This document shows, one piece after another, positions 12,773 to 26,886 of a stretch of 64,000 nt of DNA. The stretch comes from the human T2T-CHM13v2.0 reference genome, Homo sapiens. Position 1 is the stretch's first letter. The number at the start of each line of letters is the position of its first letter. The DNA lies in assembly GCF_009914755.1 (NCBI RefSeq), contig NC_060934.1, one strand, 5' to 3'. The notes beneath the pieces are model-generated. The model was not told the origin of the DNA and did not search any database. It saw nothing but the letters and a program-made list of their open reading frames with translations. Both the position numbers and the translations under genes were made by a program.

Positions 12773-15598
12773 TTAAGGGCCTAGATATTCTTCTTACAGA
12801 ATTTTGGGTGCCATCTTGAACTCTGAAAATTCAACACGGATGGCTCAAGGCTGTTGGTGTTGAGGAATGGATGCAGTCCGTGGTCACCAAGCTGCTAAGG
12901 ACTCTCCAAGCAGTACCTTGAATGAATTTCCCAAATGAAATGAATGTTGTTAAAGCATTAGGTGACTCAGAAAGACCTGTGTGGAGAAGGTCTTCTCTAT
13001 TTTCTGTTAGGCTTACTGACTCCTCTTTCAGTTAGTGTTTGGGCTTAATAAAAAAGAAAAGAATTTGGGGTTTCTTATCTTAACAGCATCAACAAATTCC
13101 AAAAGGCATCTTCAATTAAAAATAATAAGAAAGCACAACCTTTGCCTAAATCACTTGGGTAACTTGTTTTCTGGAAATGATAGACAGTCTTAAATCCCAT
13201 TCATTTTTTCCTATTCTTTTTCCCAGTTCTTTGCTTAGTTTGGACTTGGAAACTAAACTAGTCATTTTCGATTCTGGTTCCCAAGCCCAGTTCCTCCATA
13301 ATTGAGCTTAAGTTTCCCAGCTCTGTGGGAGGATATAAAATTATTTCTGCTATTATAACTTGGGTTGAGTTTTTTCTTTTTTAATAAGAACATTCATTCT
13401 GAGTAATAAAAGACTCCAATTCAGTAAATGCAAGCAGTGACCTTGCATGAACAGTCATGATGCTGGATCTTATACAACTGATCTGGATATTTTAAGAGCA
13501 GGGCAGGCCAATGAGTTTTCATGTAAAAGGTTAGAGAACTAGGTTAGAGGAAAAAAAGTCTCCGTCTCATCACTGTGACTCATCCTCCCCCCGGGACTGG
13601 CAGAATGACTCAGGCTTTCAAGTAGGTGACAATGCTTATAGAAAAATGTGACCTAGCGGTTTTCATCAGGACTTCTCAGTTGGCTGGTTGTCACCCTTTT
13701 GATTGTCCTGAGTCCCTGAGGAAATCTGGGTATTTTGGGAGGGTATTTTGGGCCTTTTCACAGAAAGGTCCAAAGGACCCTGCTGACAGTTCACAAGAAA
13801 CCCTCTGAATGTCTAGATTCCAACCTTGACACTCACAAAGGCTGAAGTAAAAAGAGTTGAAGGAAATTTCTGATTAAGCCACCAGGGGAAATCAAACCCC
13901 AAGGCTGTATTTCCAAGCCCACAAGGCCTGCTTGGAAAAGCACCTTACTCATGTCCAGAATCAGAGTCAGTCTTAAGCTGAGGTCGGCTGGCTCCAAGCA
14001 CACAGCCAGATTTCCAGGCCCATGGCTGTAGCCTTTGTCTCTGTTCCATCTGTCTGGAAACAGGAGCCATTGATTTGCAGAAAGGGGCCACCAGGAGGCT
14101 GGGGTTTAGTATCAGCTTTTCCTGGGCCAGCTGGGTCACTTCAGGCTGATTTCTTTTTTGGTTTATGTTTTTCATCAGCTGAATGGGGATGATCCTATCA
14201 GCCTCCTTTGTTGAGTTACAGTCAGAATCAGTAAGATAATGTGCTTGGAGCCTTTGGAATGCCATGGAACACAAAGGCACTGAGAATTTCAGCTATTATG
14301 TTATCGATGAGAGGCCCTGCTGTTAGGCCTGCTGATGGCTTTCAGGCAATTTCTGTGTCTACACAAGCATGCTCAAAGAGTTTACAGATGGAAGAAAACA
14401 AAACTGGAATTAGATTTGGTAGACACACACATGCCCACAGTATGTTCCCTGAAAAAGACAATTTGGACATACTCAAGGTGACACACTCCTTGCCCTGTAG
14501 TTGAGGCTGGGATGCTTTCTCAGTCTCTATCACCCGCTCCTCTTCCTCTTCTGCCTTACAGATGGCAGAGCCAATGTCTCAGTCCTCTCTTGCTCTCTCT
14601 CATTTCAGCTGCAGGCTTCTCTTGTCACCTCTCCGAGGATGAATTTCGGCTCCCTCTCTCACTGGCCAGGTATAATGAAAATGTTGCTCAAATCAAACTG
14701 GGCCTTGTTTCATGACACTTAAAGCTGGTTTGGCACATTCAGAAGGAGGAAAGTTTTGAATCCAAAGACTTCAAAGAGTAAAATATTGCAGATGAGTTTA
14801 TTTTTTATTTTTTTATTAAGGGGCAGCAAGGGGCACCTACATTAAATCTCTATAAAAATGTTCCTTGCTCTTTATAAAAAACCCACCCTTGCTCCACTGG
14901 CTGCTCCCTAAGTTGACCAAGCTCTTTCTCTCTTACTGCTGTCCATTCACCCAGCTCCTTTATGTAAACCAACTTATTTTCCTGTGTCTTCTCCTATTTA
15001 CATACCTACTTCTTATCTAGGTAAAGAAATGGTGCCAGCAGAGGGGATCCCTGTGGTGGGCATGGACTGAGGTTTGGGAATGTTGGGAGAAGATCATTTC
15101 ATTTGACTAGGCATACATAACCCTAGGTCACCTCTACTCTCCTCTCTACCTCCTAGCAGGGGAGGGACTTGGTGGCAGTGTGAGTTCTAATTTGATCTGT
15201 GAATCATGACACTGAGATGATGAGCCCTAGGCTGAGAGTATGACATGGGTGGGGGTCAGTCAATTTTGCTTGTCCCAGGACCACAGCCTGCACCCTCCCA
15301 CCTTCCTCTCCCCCTTATGGGACTCTGCTATTCTGTAAATCAGCCATAGCAAGGGTGCCAAGGACCAGTGGACACATGCATCTGGTGCTCAAAGTAAGAC
15401 CCAGGTGCTGCTCCTCTTTGTCAATCAGCACAAACCCCCACAATAATTGTACTTGACATTGGGTGATACCTTCCAATTGGATACAGTTTAGAATTTTCAA
15501 AGCATTTTTATAGGCATAGTTTCTTTGATTCTCCAACAGCTTCCTGAAGTAGTCACATCTTTCAATCATTCAACAAATACTTGCTGAAAGCTCTGTTG

Positions 15599-15685
15599 AG
15601 GGTGATTGAGAGGTTCCTGGGACATGGGGCTTTCAATTTTAAAACGAGGTCAGTCCCAGGCAAACCATGACAAGTTGCTCACCCT
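15599..15685. mobile_element. MER81-like hAT MITE (internally deleted) inserted in an L2 fragment
   Basis: Terminal inverted repeats agggtga...tcaccct, internal cagtcccaggcaaacc; flanked by antisense L2 end tcattcaacaaatacttgctga. Confidence 0.7.
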
Positions 15686-17253
15686 TCTGCCATTCTAGGT
15701 GCAGGACCCCCAAAGCTGAACAGGACACAAGTGGTCCCAGCACACATAGCAGCTGCACACTGATTATTTCCATGCATTTTATTTTCTGCTGCGTATTGAA
15801 CTGAGCTGTCACAATCTGAAATTCTGAAAATGTTAAGTCTTGATCTCTATTCTTCAGGTTTCTGATTCATTCATTAGGCCCAGAGCTAGTTTCTGGGTAG
15901 GAAAAGACAGAAAGGTGAATGAAGTATTCTCTTGGCTTTTAAAGAGCGTATGGTCTGGTGGGAGTGAGAAGATTTAGGAAAACAATTACCAGCTGGAGCT
16001 TCTGGGGTCTATGTCTTTAAGGTACCCCACTTCTCTCCCTTTTTGCCTCCTCTTTTGATGTCTCTGCTGCCTCCTGCACATCCTGTCCATGCACTCTCAA
16101 CTTCCTTCTCTGACGGTTCTTCCTCCCATGGTGACCTACTCCACTTCAATGTCTTCAATCATTACCTCTATATGGATGCCATCAATTAGAATTGGGATTA
16201 ATATAACTAAACAGATTGAATGCCAATTATGTACATTCACTGAGAAACACTCTGATCTCAAATAGGCATCCCAGGAAATTCCACCTGGGAGAGGATAATA
16301 TGGTGACCAAGAGATAAGAGTTTCTGTCCAGTTGTCAGGAATGTCATTTAATTGCTTTTCTGGGACAGATGAGCTTGGAATGAGTTTGGGCAGCAGAAGC
16401 CAGATTCCGTTGAGTCACAGGCTTCCTCTAAAAGTCAGCCACTCTTCCTATACATTTCAGAACAACCAGGGACCTTGCTAATTGAATAGTGTCCCATTAT
16501 GTGACCAGATCATGCATTTCCAGGAAGGACAAAATAATCCAATTTGTGTTGAAATGTCAGCCCAAGCTGCAGATACTCTTTTGGTATGAGCTGTTGCATT
16601 TTCTTTGGCTATTGTCAACAGTGTTATTGCTTAAGTTGGAAAGCTATCTGAGGCATTTAGCGTGGATGCTCATCTGCTTGAAGAAGTACCACTCTCAGCT
16701 CATTGCTTTTCTGAGTCATGCTTTCTGGTTTTCCCTGGCATAGTTGGCTGGGAGTATTGAGGGGGTAGATTAATCTCTCCCTGAACTAGATGGAAAGCCT
16801 CACAGAAAGAGTGATCTTTGTCACTTCTTATTTAGAGTGTGGTTGTCATCCCCTAAAATGCTGTGTCTGGTTGTTTGGACTCTTTATTCATTCATTCTCC
16901 CATGAACATCTATACAGTGGTTACTAAGTTCCAAGCATCCCCTGGGTACTGAGAAGACAGCAGAGAACAGAACGGTCTGAGAAGGTGGCATCTGACCTGA
17001 GAGCCATGTGATACAAGTGGGCAGACATGCAAAGGTCTGGGTGAAGAACCTTCTAGCCACAGCGACGGCAAGTACAGGCACCCTTAAGAGGGAAGGAACT
17101 TAGTTTGTTTGAGGATCAAAAGGAAGAACAAAGTAAGCCTGGGGGTGGGGGATGTGATGATGAGGACAAGAGAGGGAGACAGGAACCAGATGACACTGGG
17201 CCTTCGGATTCCAAATGCAATGACAAGGAAGGCACTGGAAGTTTTCTAAGTAG

Positions 17254-17689
<436 letters not shown>

Positions 17690-18117
17690 TGACTGATCTG
17701 ATTTTTAAAGAATCACTGTGGCTGCCTTATAGAAAAATGGGTTTTAAGGAAGCAAAATAGACTAATCAAGAAAAATACTGCAAATTCTAGGGGAAAATGA
17801 TAGTGGACAAGGGTGGTGGCAGCAGAATAGGAGAAAAATTGATAGATTCAGAGTATATTTGGGAGGTGACATTTGCTCATGGGTGGGTTTATTTTTGGGT
17901 GGGCGGGTGGGTGGAAGGAGAAGAAGAATTCAGAATAAGACATAGGCTTTGGCTTGAGCAAAAGGCTTGAGAAAAAAGATAGCGTTGCCATTGACAGAGA
18001 TATAGAGGACCATATGGAAATCTCATGTGTGGATCACATGTCTCCAGGTGCTGTTGCCATTCTTCAGTAAAATGCTTTTCCTGGGCCAATGATACATGAT
18101 CCTTTTGGTTTCATGTA

Positions 18118-18398
18118 TGTCTTAGTCTGTTTTGTGCTGCTATAACAGAATACCTGAGACTGGGAAATTTACAGTGAATGGAATTTATTGGCTCATGGTT
18201 CTGAGGGCTGGGAAGTCCAATATGAAGGTGCCAGCATCTGGCAAGGGCCTTCTTGCTGCATCATCCCAGGGCAGAAAGCAACAGAGTGAGAGAGAGAGCA
18301 AGAGGGGGCTTACCCTTTTATAATGACACTAATCCCACTCATGAGGGTGGAGTCCTTATGGCCCAGTCACCTCCTACAGGTCCCACCTCTTAATAACA
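18118..18398 (-). mobile_element. MST/MLT1A-type MaLR LTR (partial)
   Basis: tgtcttagtctgttttgtgctgctataacagaatacctgagactggg...aatcccactcatgagggtggag. Confidence 0.85.
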
Positions 18399-18512
18399 TA
18401 TTTAGCATCTACTACATACAAAATAAACAGAAAATTGCCCAAGATTTCACTTTTCAAGTGCTGTTTCATTTTCATAATCACTGACAATAACAACAGTGAT
18501 GATAACCAGTCC

Positions 18513-18810
18513 TTTTTTTTTTTAATTTTTGAGATAGAATATTACTCTGTCACCCAGACTGGAATGCAGTGGCATGATCATGGCTCACTGCAGCCTCGAC
18601 CTCCCAGGCTCAAGCTGTCCTCCTGCCTAAGCCCCCAAGTAGCTGGGACTACAGGCATTTACCACCAGTCTTGGCTATTTTTTTGTATTTTTTGTGGAGA
18701 GGAGTTTTGCTATGTTGCTCAGGCTGGTCTCAAACTCTTGAACTCAAGTGATCTGCCTGCCTTGGCCTCCCAAAATACTGAGATTACAGGTGTGAGTCAC
18801 TGTGCCTAGC
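18513..18810 (-). mobile_element. AluJ (Jb-like)
   Basis: Antisense Alu with gatcatggctcactgcagcctcgacctcccaggctcaag; degenerate TSD gataaccagtc / gacagccagtc. Confidence 0.95.
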
Positions 18811-18811
18811 T

Positions 18812-19050
18812 GACAGCCAGTCTTTAGTGAGTGTTTGCTAAGTGCCAGGCATGGTTCTAAGTGTTTTACATATATTATTTAATTTAGTGTTCACATAACC
18901 TTGGAGGTAAAATGGGTATTTTACTGTACTTTTAAATGAAGAAGCTGAGGCTTAGAGGGTAAAATAACTACTCAAGGTCACACAGCAAGGAAGTAGCAAA
19001 GCCTAGATTTAAACCGAAGTCCTTTGATCTCTGGCCTGTGCCCCTAAGCC
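18812..19050 (-). mobile_element. MIR
   Basis: gtgccaggcatggttctaagtgttttaca...gaagctgaggcttagag...aaggtcacacagc. Confidence 0.85.
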
Positions 19051-20289
19051 CCTAGTTCCCTAGTTCCTCTTGAGGCATTGGCTAAGATGTTACTCCAGCC
19101 TCAGAGCTGGGCCAGGTGTGCCAGCACAGAGCTGGATGAAGCACCTACCCACAGGTAGCCAGGTACACCTACACCTGGTGATAATGCTCAGCCTCCCATG
19201 AACTGAACATGCTACGAGTGCTGCAGGGACAAGGAGAAATCATTATGGACTCAGGCTGCTGAGAAGGCCTCCTGTTGGAAATGGGGTTGTACCTCCTACT
19301 CCATGAGATAATTTGGAAATAATCTGGAGGCATTTTTGTTTGACACAGTCACTGACATTCATTCACGGTACAGGAGGAGAATAAAGTGTCAGGAATAATA
19401 AAGATTCAGGCATGCACACATGAACTATCCCACCAAAAATGCCAAGAAGGCCATTGAGACCACGGGCAACTAGATGAGTCTCTGAACTCTAGACACTGAA
19501 TGGGAAGCACTTCTCTTAGAAGAAGCCAGAAAATATTGATGGTTGTTGACTGTGCTCATGAAGCCCTGATTTAGGATTTGGATTGAAAATCTACATTTGC
19601 AACTTGAGAGATCTTATAAAACCTTGGATAAACCATTTGGATGTCTGTTGGGGCTGAGATTTTTTTCCCTTCCCTTCATTTTTTGTTTTTTCTGGTGGGG
19701 AGCAGTAAGACAAGTACTTAACTGGGAAGCTACAGCTGGCATTGCTGGTATTACAATCCACTTGAGAGCCCTTAATGAAGAATATCTGATTATATAAGGA
19801 AACTAGAATCTGTTTTCTTTTCATTTAATTTGATGTTTTAATGATGCTGCCGGTTATTTGAAATATTCTATTTCAATATATGCTTTATTTATTATACTTT
19901 TACCCTGAGGCATGCTGGCAGAGGGTGACATATTTAAAAGTCTGCCCTCAAATAATAAATTTCCACTGGAAACTGGAGCAGAAAAGTTTTATATTAGAAA
20001 TGCTTTAGAATCTTTTTAAAAAATCAGTCCAAACTGGATTCCAGAGATAAACATAAGGTGACTTTTAATTTTTTGCAAAAAAAAAATTAACTCAATTTTT
20101 GATTTTAAAAATATACTAAAATCCAACTAGAAACAGAATAATGTTTTGCGTCAGATAAACAGAGACACTGGATTTTAGTTCTAGTTGTTAGTAAGCAGAA
20201 AATTAACAAATTGTATCTTTGAAGGCAGTAGCAAAACTGGTTTTATCTTCCTTCTTCTCCCTACTTTTATTTCAAATCAATAAGGACTA

Positions 20290-20445
20290 TTTGTACACTT
20301 GCCTACCTCTTTATACACTGTCTCCTAGTCTGAGTTGCAAGCCCCCTAATCACAGAGACTTTATCTATTTGTTTTTTCTCTCCTATATTCTCAGCACTCA
20401 AATAGACCCTGGCACACAATAGTTGCTCAATAAATGTCTGCTCAG
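20290..20445 (+). mobile_element. L2 3' end
   Basis: cctggcacacaatagttgctcaataaatgtctg. Confidence 0.75.
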
Positions 20446-20934
20446 TGTGGTGGGCAAAAGAATGGCTCCCCAAAATATTCACATCTTAATCCCTGGAAAT
20501 TGTGAATATTTATGTTACATGGCAAAGGGGAAATAAGATTCCGGAAGGAGTTAAATTTGCTAATCAACTGACTTTCAAATAGGCAGGTTATCTAGTTGGG
20601 TCCAATGTAATCACAAGGGTCCCTAAGAGTGGAAGAGGTGGGGGCATTAGAGAAAGTTAGAGTGATGGGATGTGAGAACGCACACAGCACTTGCAGCTGG
20701 CTTTGAAGACAGAAAAAGGCCATCCCCAGCAAGGAATGTGGGTGGCCTCTAGAAGGCAGAAAAGGCCAGGAAATGGATCCTCTCTTAGAACTCCCAGAAA
20801 AAAACCCATAGCGCTGTTTACACCTTGATTTTAGCCTAGTGAGATCATGTTAAACTACTTTCCTATGTAAGTGTAAGATAATAAATTTGTGTGGTTTAAA
20901 GCAACTGAGTTTGTGGTAAACTGTGCCAGCAGCA
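20446..20934 (+). mobile_element. MLT1D-like solo LTR
   Basis: tgtggtgggcaaaagaatggctccccaaaatattcacatcttaatccctgg...gtaagataataaatttgtgtggtttaaagc. Confidence 0.9.
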
Positions 20935-21229
20935 CACCTGGTGAAGGAATCCCTGTCCCACCTGTTATTCACCTGTGTGATAAGCATTTATTGAAAGATC
21001 TTCTATTCATCTCCAGGTTCCATGGCAGGCACTGGGCTGATCAATGCTCTTTCCCATCCCAGGGCCTTTGCTCCTACCCTTTCCTCTGTCTGGAACTCCG
21101 CTTCCATTTCCTAGCTTAACCATCTCCTCCAGACTAGGGAACGTATTTAAGTCCTCTCACTTTCAGAAACTACTCCTTGGAAGCACTTACACCAATTGTG
21201 ATATTTGCCCCTTTCCTGTAAAAGAGAAT

Positions 21230-22060
21230 ATGGACACAGAAAATTATATATAAAATATAGCTTTGTGAATTATTTTAAGGTGAAAACATTGACACAACTA
21301 CTCGGGTCAAGAAGTAGAATTTTGCCAGTCAACCCCGAAGGACTCTGTAGGAGACTTTTAGCCTCCCACTAAAAGTCACAACTCTCTGACTCTCACGTTG
21401 TTTTCTTGCTTGTTTCATTATCTTCCTCCTTCCTCATTTTATTACCTGAGTGTGCATCCCTAGATCCCCTAATTTAGTTTTCTCTCTTTTAGAATGTATT
21501 TTAAGTTTGTGTCAATCTACAGATTCCTCCTCTGTCTCCTTTTTCCTTCCTTGCAATTTATTTGTGAAAAAGAGATTGTCCTTGCAGTGGAGTTTCCAAC
21601 AGTCTAGTTTTTGCCGATCACAACCCCTAGGTGTAATTTAACATGTTCCTCTATCCCTCATGTCTCTTATAAATTGGCTCTAAAGTTGGCTCTAAAGGTT
21701 TGATTGGATTAAGGTTCAGTTTTTATTTTTATCTTTTGGCAAGACTGCTTCATAGAAGGTGGTGTGTTCCTCCATCCGGAGGCTTATAATCTGGTTGTCT
21801 TTCTCTTTGATGTTAGCAGTTGTTAATCTCAACTTCTAGATCGATTCATTCATTATAAGGATGGCAAACTGGTGACATTCTAATTTATTTTCTTTCTTTG
21901 TTTATTAGCTAGGACATTTCTAAAAAGAGATACTTTCTGTCAACTTCTGTTTAGTTACTCAAGGATACCGTTTGTTTTAGAAAGCCAGGATAAACGCTTG
22001 ATTCTTCCTCTTTATTCATCATGCATCAAATTAATGATTAGATTCCCTAACTTCCTGTGA
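21230..22060 (-). mobile_element. L1MC-like 3'UTR fragment
   Basis: ggtcaagaagtagaattttgccag...catgttcctctatccc...gaaagccaggataaacgcttgattcttc. Confidence 0.7.
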
Positions 22061-22835
22061 TTGTTTAACGTCTTCCTCTTCTGTAACATGTACCCCTCAA
22101 CCCTCACAAGAGCAGGACCTGAGTTGATCCTAGAGCCATATACAGGCCTGTGACGTATTAGACACTTGTTTGTATTTATGGAATGAATGGGTGAGTGAGT
22201 GGAGTAAATTCTCTGTTCTTTCCTTTGTCTTCCATTTCCTGGCCCCTCAATTTATCGTACATTCTCCTTTAGCTCCATGTAGCTAAACCATAGATTAAAA
22301 TGATTTGGATCGAAAACATAAAATTAGCAAGGAAATACCCTCAGAGGCATGAAAAGTAGCTGCTCTACAGTGGCTCTGACACAAAAATACTAATTCAAAA
22401 CATTTAATGTGGATACCTTGTAAGAGACCCAGATGGGTTTTTAAACAACATCTACTTAAATTTTTGCTAGTCTTCTAAGTGATGCACCTTAGGGGTCTTT
22501 CTAATGAGATCCCTAAGAAGATATAGCATTAGTATGACTAAGAATTAACTAATAATATGGAGTCTGCTTTTTGAATGGTTCAAAGTGATTCCACATTGGC
22601 TCTTTCTTTTGTCCTTGAAAATACCCCTGTGAGGGGCCCAGGCTATGAAGTATGCAGGGAGGGACAAGAATGACTATTCGCTGTTTAAAACAGGCCTAGG
22701 GAGGGTAAGAGACTCACCAGTGCCTCATGGGGGATACACTTAGGGCTAGATATTTGTCTATATAGTGGGTTATGTTCTAAGTAATGCTGGAATTTGGAAC
22801 TAGAATGAGCCTTAGAGATTATCTAATAGCATCAT

Positions 22836-23306
22836 ATGTATGTTACATATTGTCACAATAATGCTGTCTGACAAACAGCCACAAAAGTTTAGTGGCACAC
22901 AGTAACAAGCATTTATTGCTCCTGTGTTTGGGGTCAGCAGCACTGCTGATCTTGGCTGAACTCACTCATGTATCTGGGGCTCACTTGGCTGACAAAGGCT
23001 GACCTTGGCTGGGGAGACCAGGGTGACTCAGCTTTGCTCCATGTGTCTCTCATTCCCCAGGATGCTGGGTTAGCGAGAAAGTGGAAACCCCAGAGCCTCT
23101 TGAGGCCTCCACTTAGAACTGGCAGATTGTTGTTCTGGCTGCTGCATTCTGATAACTAAAGCAAGTCGTAAGACCAGCCCAGATTCAGGGAGTGGCAAAA
23201 TGGCCTCTATCTCTTTAGTGAGAGAAATTGTAAGGTCACCTGACAAAGAACATGGGTTCAGGGAGGGGTGAGAAATTGGCCCCTAAATGAAATTAGTCAA
23301 GCACCC
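22836..23306 (-). mobile_element. MLT1G/H-like LTR inserted in a MIR
   Basis: caataatgctgtctgacaaacagccacaaaag...aagcaagtcgtaagaccagcccagattcaggg; MIR-like halves at about 22785-22835 and 23307-23410. Confidence 0.8.
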
Positions 23307-25788
23307 CATTATCTCATTTTAGAGAGGAGCAAACTCAGTTTCCCAGGAGAGCCAGCGACTGGTCCATGTTCACTCAGCAGAATGGGGACTAGAGCCCAAG
23401 ACTCTCGTCTTTCACTCTGGGGGCCTTTCCATCTACCCCAAAGGCTGCAACTAAAGGCAAAGGCATAGGAATTGGCATTCATTTTCCTGTTCAGCAAATA
23501 ATTCCTAATGTGCACCACTGTGCTGTGTACTAAGAAATGGGAGCTCATTAACAGCTGAGTGTGAATTTTAGTGAAATGATTACTTCTCCCATTTACCCAA
23601 AGGTTTGCTTCGAATAATAGAATTCCAGGCAGGTGGAGGAACAGGTTCCCCACCTGTCCTTCCTTGGTATCCTAGAAGCCATGCTATAGGAAGCCACCCA
23701 TTCCACTGAGACAAGAGACTCCTCCTGATGTCTAGAATATAAGTCCCTCATTTTTCTGCTTTGAATGGGAAGGTCATCTTAGTGTCTCTAGAATGGGAGC
23801 CCTTCCCTTATCGTCCAACAGGTGGTTTCGGCAAAGGTGGGTTTTTGTAGCAGGGCTCCCCCCTGACTCAAGGAGAAAATAACACAGTCATTTTTGGGGT
23901 CTGTTTAGTCTCAAAGGGAAATGACTTACTAATTAGGGTAAGAGACTTTACAAAAATATGTTTTTGATTCCACTGATGGTCAGTTACAAGCGATAACACT
24001 GTTAAATGTAGTGCCTAATAAATCTGGGAAAACTACCCAATAAATGTAAGTAATAACAATGATTAACAATAAATTAAATGCAGAGAACCAGGAATGTACC
24101 ACATTATTTTTAACTAGTTTGGACCATCGGGTTCTGATTATTCAGTTTGTCCTGTACACCTGGAGTTTATTAGAGTGTAATACAAACTAAACGGTCCCTC
24201 AGAGAGGCCATTGAAAGGACTTAGTATAAAACAATATACAAGTTTAATAGTGGTAACTGACCTTTCTTTCTTTTACAAAAACATATCTTTGTAACTTGAG
24301 CCCCGAGGAAATGTAATGCTTTTTACCTAATCCTGATTGTTAATTTTCCTTTTATTTAATTTAGAAGGTTTCATCTGTTTCATGAGATAGGAAGACACAA
24401 TTTATATTCAGTAATTCTTCCTGCTCTGGAAAGAGATCCAAAATGGCTAAATATTTCTTTCCTTCTGCTGTGTCTATTACAAGAAGAGGGAAGAACAGAC
24501 ATGCAGTGCATTCACTATTAATGGCAGCTGGTTAAAACCCACATTTTAAAAATAGCCAGATGAAATGGGTACATGTGTTTATAATCAAGGTACATTTGAC
24601 TAATTTTCCCTAAACCTTTAAATATGACTCATTCTCAAATACCAGAAAATTGGGCTCTTTCTCATTTGAGGACAGAGAAGGCAGGCTCTCTGATGGGGGA
24701 AGCTTTTCCATCATTTCCCCAAATGCCTATCTTTCTGATGCTATCTAATAGGACTACCGTATTTCAATGACAGACTCCTCCAGTTTTAATGACATCTCTG
24801 TGGGTAGATACCTTTCTCATGTGGACATTGTTCTAATGTTTTCAGTGTTTTCCAGAAGGGTGCTTTCGGTGCCGCTGTACCTAGGGTTTCTTACTTCCTC
24901 CATCCCATACTCTTATCCCCAGACTAAATGTATTTTCCACAAAGGGAATCTTAACAAGGGTCAACTCTTGTAAATGTCTGAAACCTGAGGTGCCCCCAAC
25001 AAAGCTGAGGTCTGGCAAACAGTCCATAAAAACCTGCCTTAAAATAATTAAATGAAATGGTTACCAGGGAGGGCAAGAATGGCATTGCCCAAAGCGTCAA
25101 CAGAGTGTGAGACTGTTTTCTTTAGCCCGCTAATCAATAGGGCTGGCCTGAGGCCTCCCGGACCCCTTCGGTAGAGCCCCAAACTATATCTCACAAGCTG
25201 ACTGTCAACCTTCATTTCATAATCAAAACCATTTTTGTTCAGAAGCTGGTCTTTATCTCAAAAGATTGAGAGAGTTCAACTTACATTTAGAAGAGGAATT
25301 CTGCTCCAAAGGGAGGGTAGCTTAACTTTCTAAACAGAAGGCTCGGGTCAAAGCAAAAGGTGGATTGATTTCTCTATCTGCTCTAGAGAAGTTGTACTCC
25401 ATGGGCAAAGAGGGGAGGTTTGAGTTCTTGGAGGAGCATCAGGTAATTCACCCTGGCTCTCCCCTTGGCTGGGTAGGGGTGGGGAGGAGGGGAAGGGAGG
25501 GGAGAGACATGGAGTTTCTAGATGCTTTGAGAATCTTCCCTGGGAGAAGGTAACTAATTATCCCACAGCGGAACTGGGAAGACCTCTCTTCTCTCCTAAA
25601 TTGTTTAATAACATGACAACTACTCTTCCCTTGGGATGTTTTGGGTGCCAAACACTGTGCTAGGGGCTGACACTCATCTACACATTTAATCTTCATGCTG
25701 ACTCTATGGGATACATGCTATTAACCCCTCCACTTGACATCCCAGTGTTTCCCCACCTTGTTTGGGGGCCAGCTAGAGGATAGGCAGT

Positions 25789-26227
25789 TGTGGTGACCAT
25801 GAACCTGCACTACTCTGATCTCCTGCTGCGAGGAGCATAAGCGACTGGTGCTCCAGCTGCTGTCTCTCCAGACCCACCACCAAGTTTGTGCTGAGGCCAT
25901 GGTTCCTGTGAGCTGCTCCCAGTCAGTGACTGAGTGTGGGGACACGCAGAGGCTCATTTCTGAATGATCTAAGACTCTTCAATAGGCAACTTTGGCTTGA
26001 GGCCTCCCTGTCAGCCTGGCCAACCCTTTTTTGAGCTGGCCAACTGCCTGAGGCTTCCTACCCAGTCTTCCTTCCTCCCTCCTTTCCAGGGTTCAGATCT
26101 GCATTGCTGTCTGAAGGCTCCCCTGCCTTCTCCAGAGCCCTCCCTTTCTTCTTCCCGGTCCTTTCCTCAATAATCATGTCTAGTCCTGTCTTAGAAGTCT
26201 GCTTCTCAGAGGATCCAAAATCACACC
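25789..26227 (+). mobile_element. LTR16C-like ERVL solo LTR
   Basis: ggcaactttggcttgaggcctccctgtcagcctggccaaccc...gtctgcttctcagaggatccaaaatcacac. Confidence 0.8.
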
Positions 26228-26642
26228 AGTCAACATAACAACAGCTATCACCCTGAGTAATGGTGGGCTCTAGACTTTGCTTTTCAATTGTTCTAGGTCC
26301 TGTGACAGCTTGGCCAGGCAGTCTGAGTGTCAGAGGAGGAGGCAGTGACTCCCTTTCCCAGCTAGAAATCTCTGTAGGGAGGTCACAGTCTGCTCCCTGG
26401 TTCCGATGTTTTTGGCCTTCTCAGGCACCTGTGGTTGCTTGGCCTCCCCTCCCCTCCATTGCTCTCAGCCTTGCTCTTGCCTTCACCTTTCTCCAGATGG
26501 GGCCCAGCTGCCTTGCCGCGTTCCCACGTTGGAGGCCTAGCAGGACTCTGGCTGCACTCTGTTCTTCCCTGGATGAAAATTCTCCTCAGTCCTCCAAAGT
26601 CTGACTAGAATCTCTCCCTCCCTTCTCAGATTGGGAGAGGGC

Positions 26643-26886
26643 CATAGTTCTAAGGACAGGATTGGGAGCTGCATTGAGTAGGTTTGAAGTCCAGCTCTAT
26701 GACTTAACTGCTGTGTGATCTTGGCGAGTTACTTAACTTCTCTGAGCCTCAGTTTCTTTACTTGTAAGATAAGGATAGTAGTATTATCTAATTTGTGCTG
26801 TTCTTGTAAGGATTAAATGAGTTATTTAATGCAAAGCCCTTAGCTCAGAGCCTAGCACATATAAGGACTCAATACATGGTAGTATT
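26643..26886 (+). mobile_element. Near full-length MIR
   Basis: ctgtgtgatcttggcgagttacttaacttctctgagcctcagtttc...cctagcacatataaggactcaataca. Confidence 0.9.

Noticed and set aside
14088-14102. CTCF-like CCACCAGGAGGCTG
   Set aside because: Mismatches at core positions; not distinguishable from chance without a PWM scan or ChIP
21674-21697. Small tandem duplications (ttggctctaaag x2; also 28582-28612, ~35809, ~63410)
   Set aside because: Routine slippage products with no further structure
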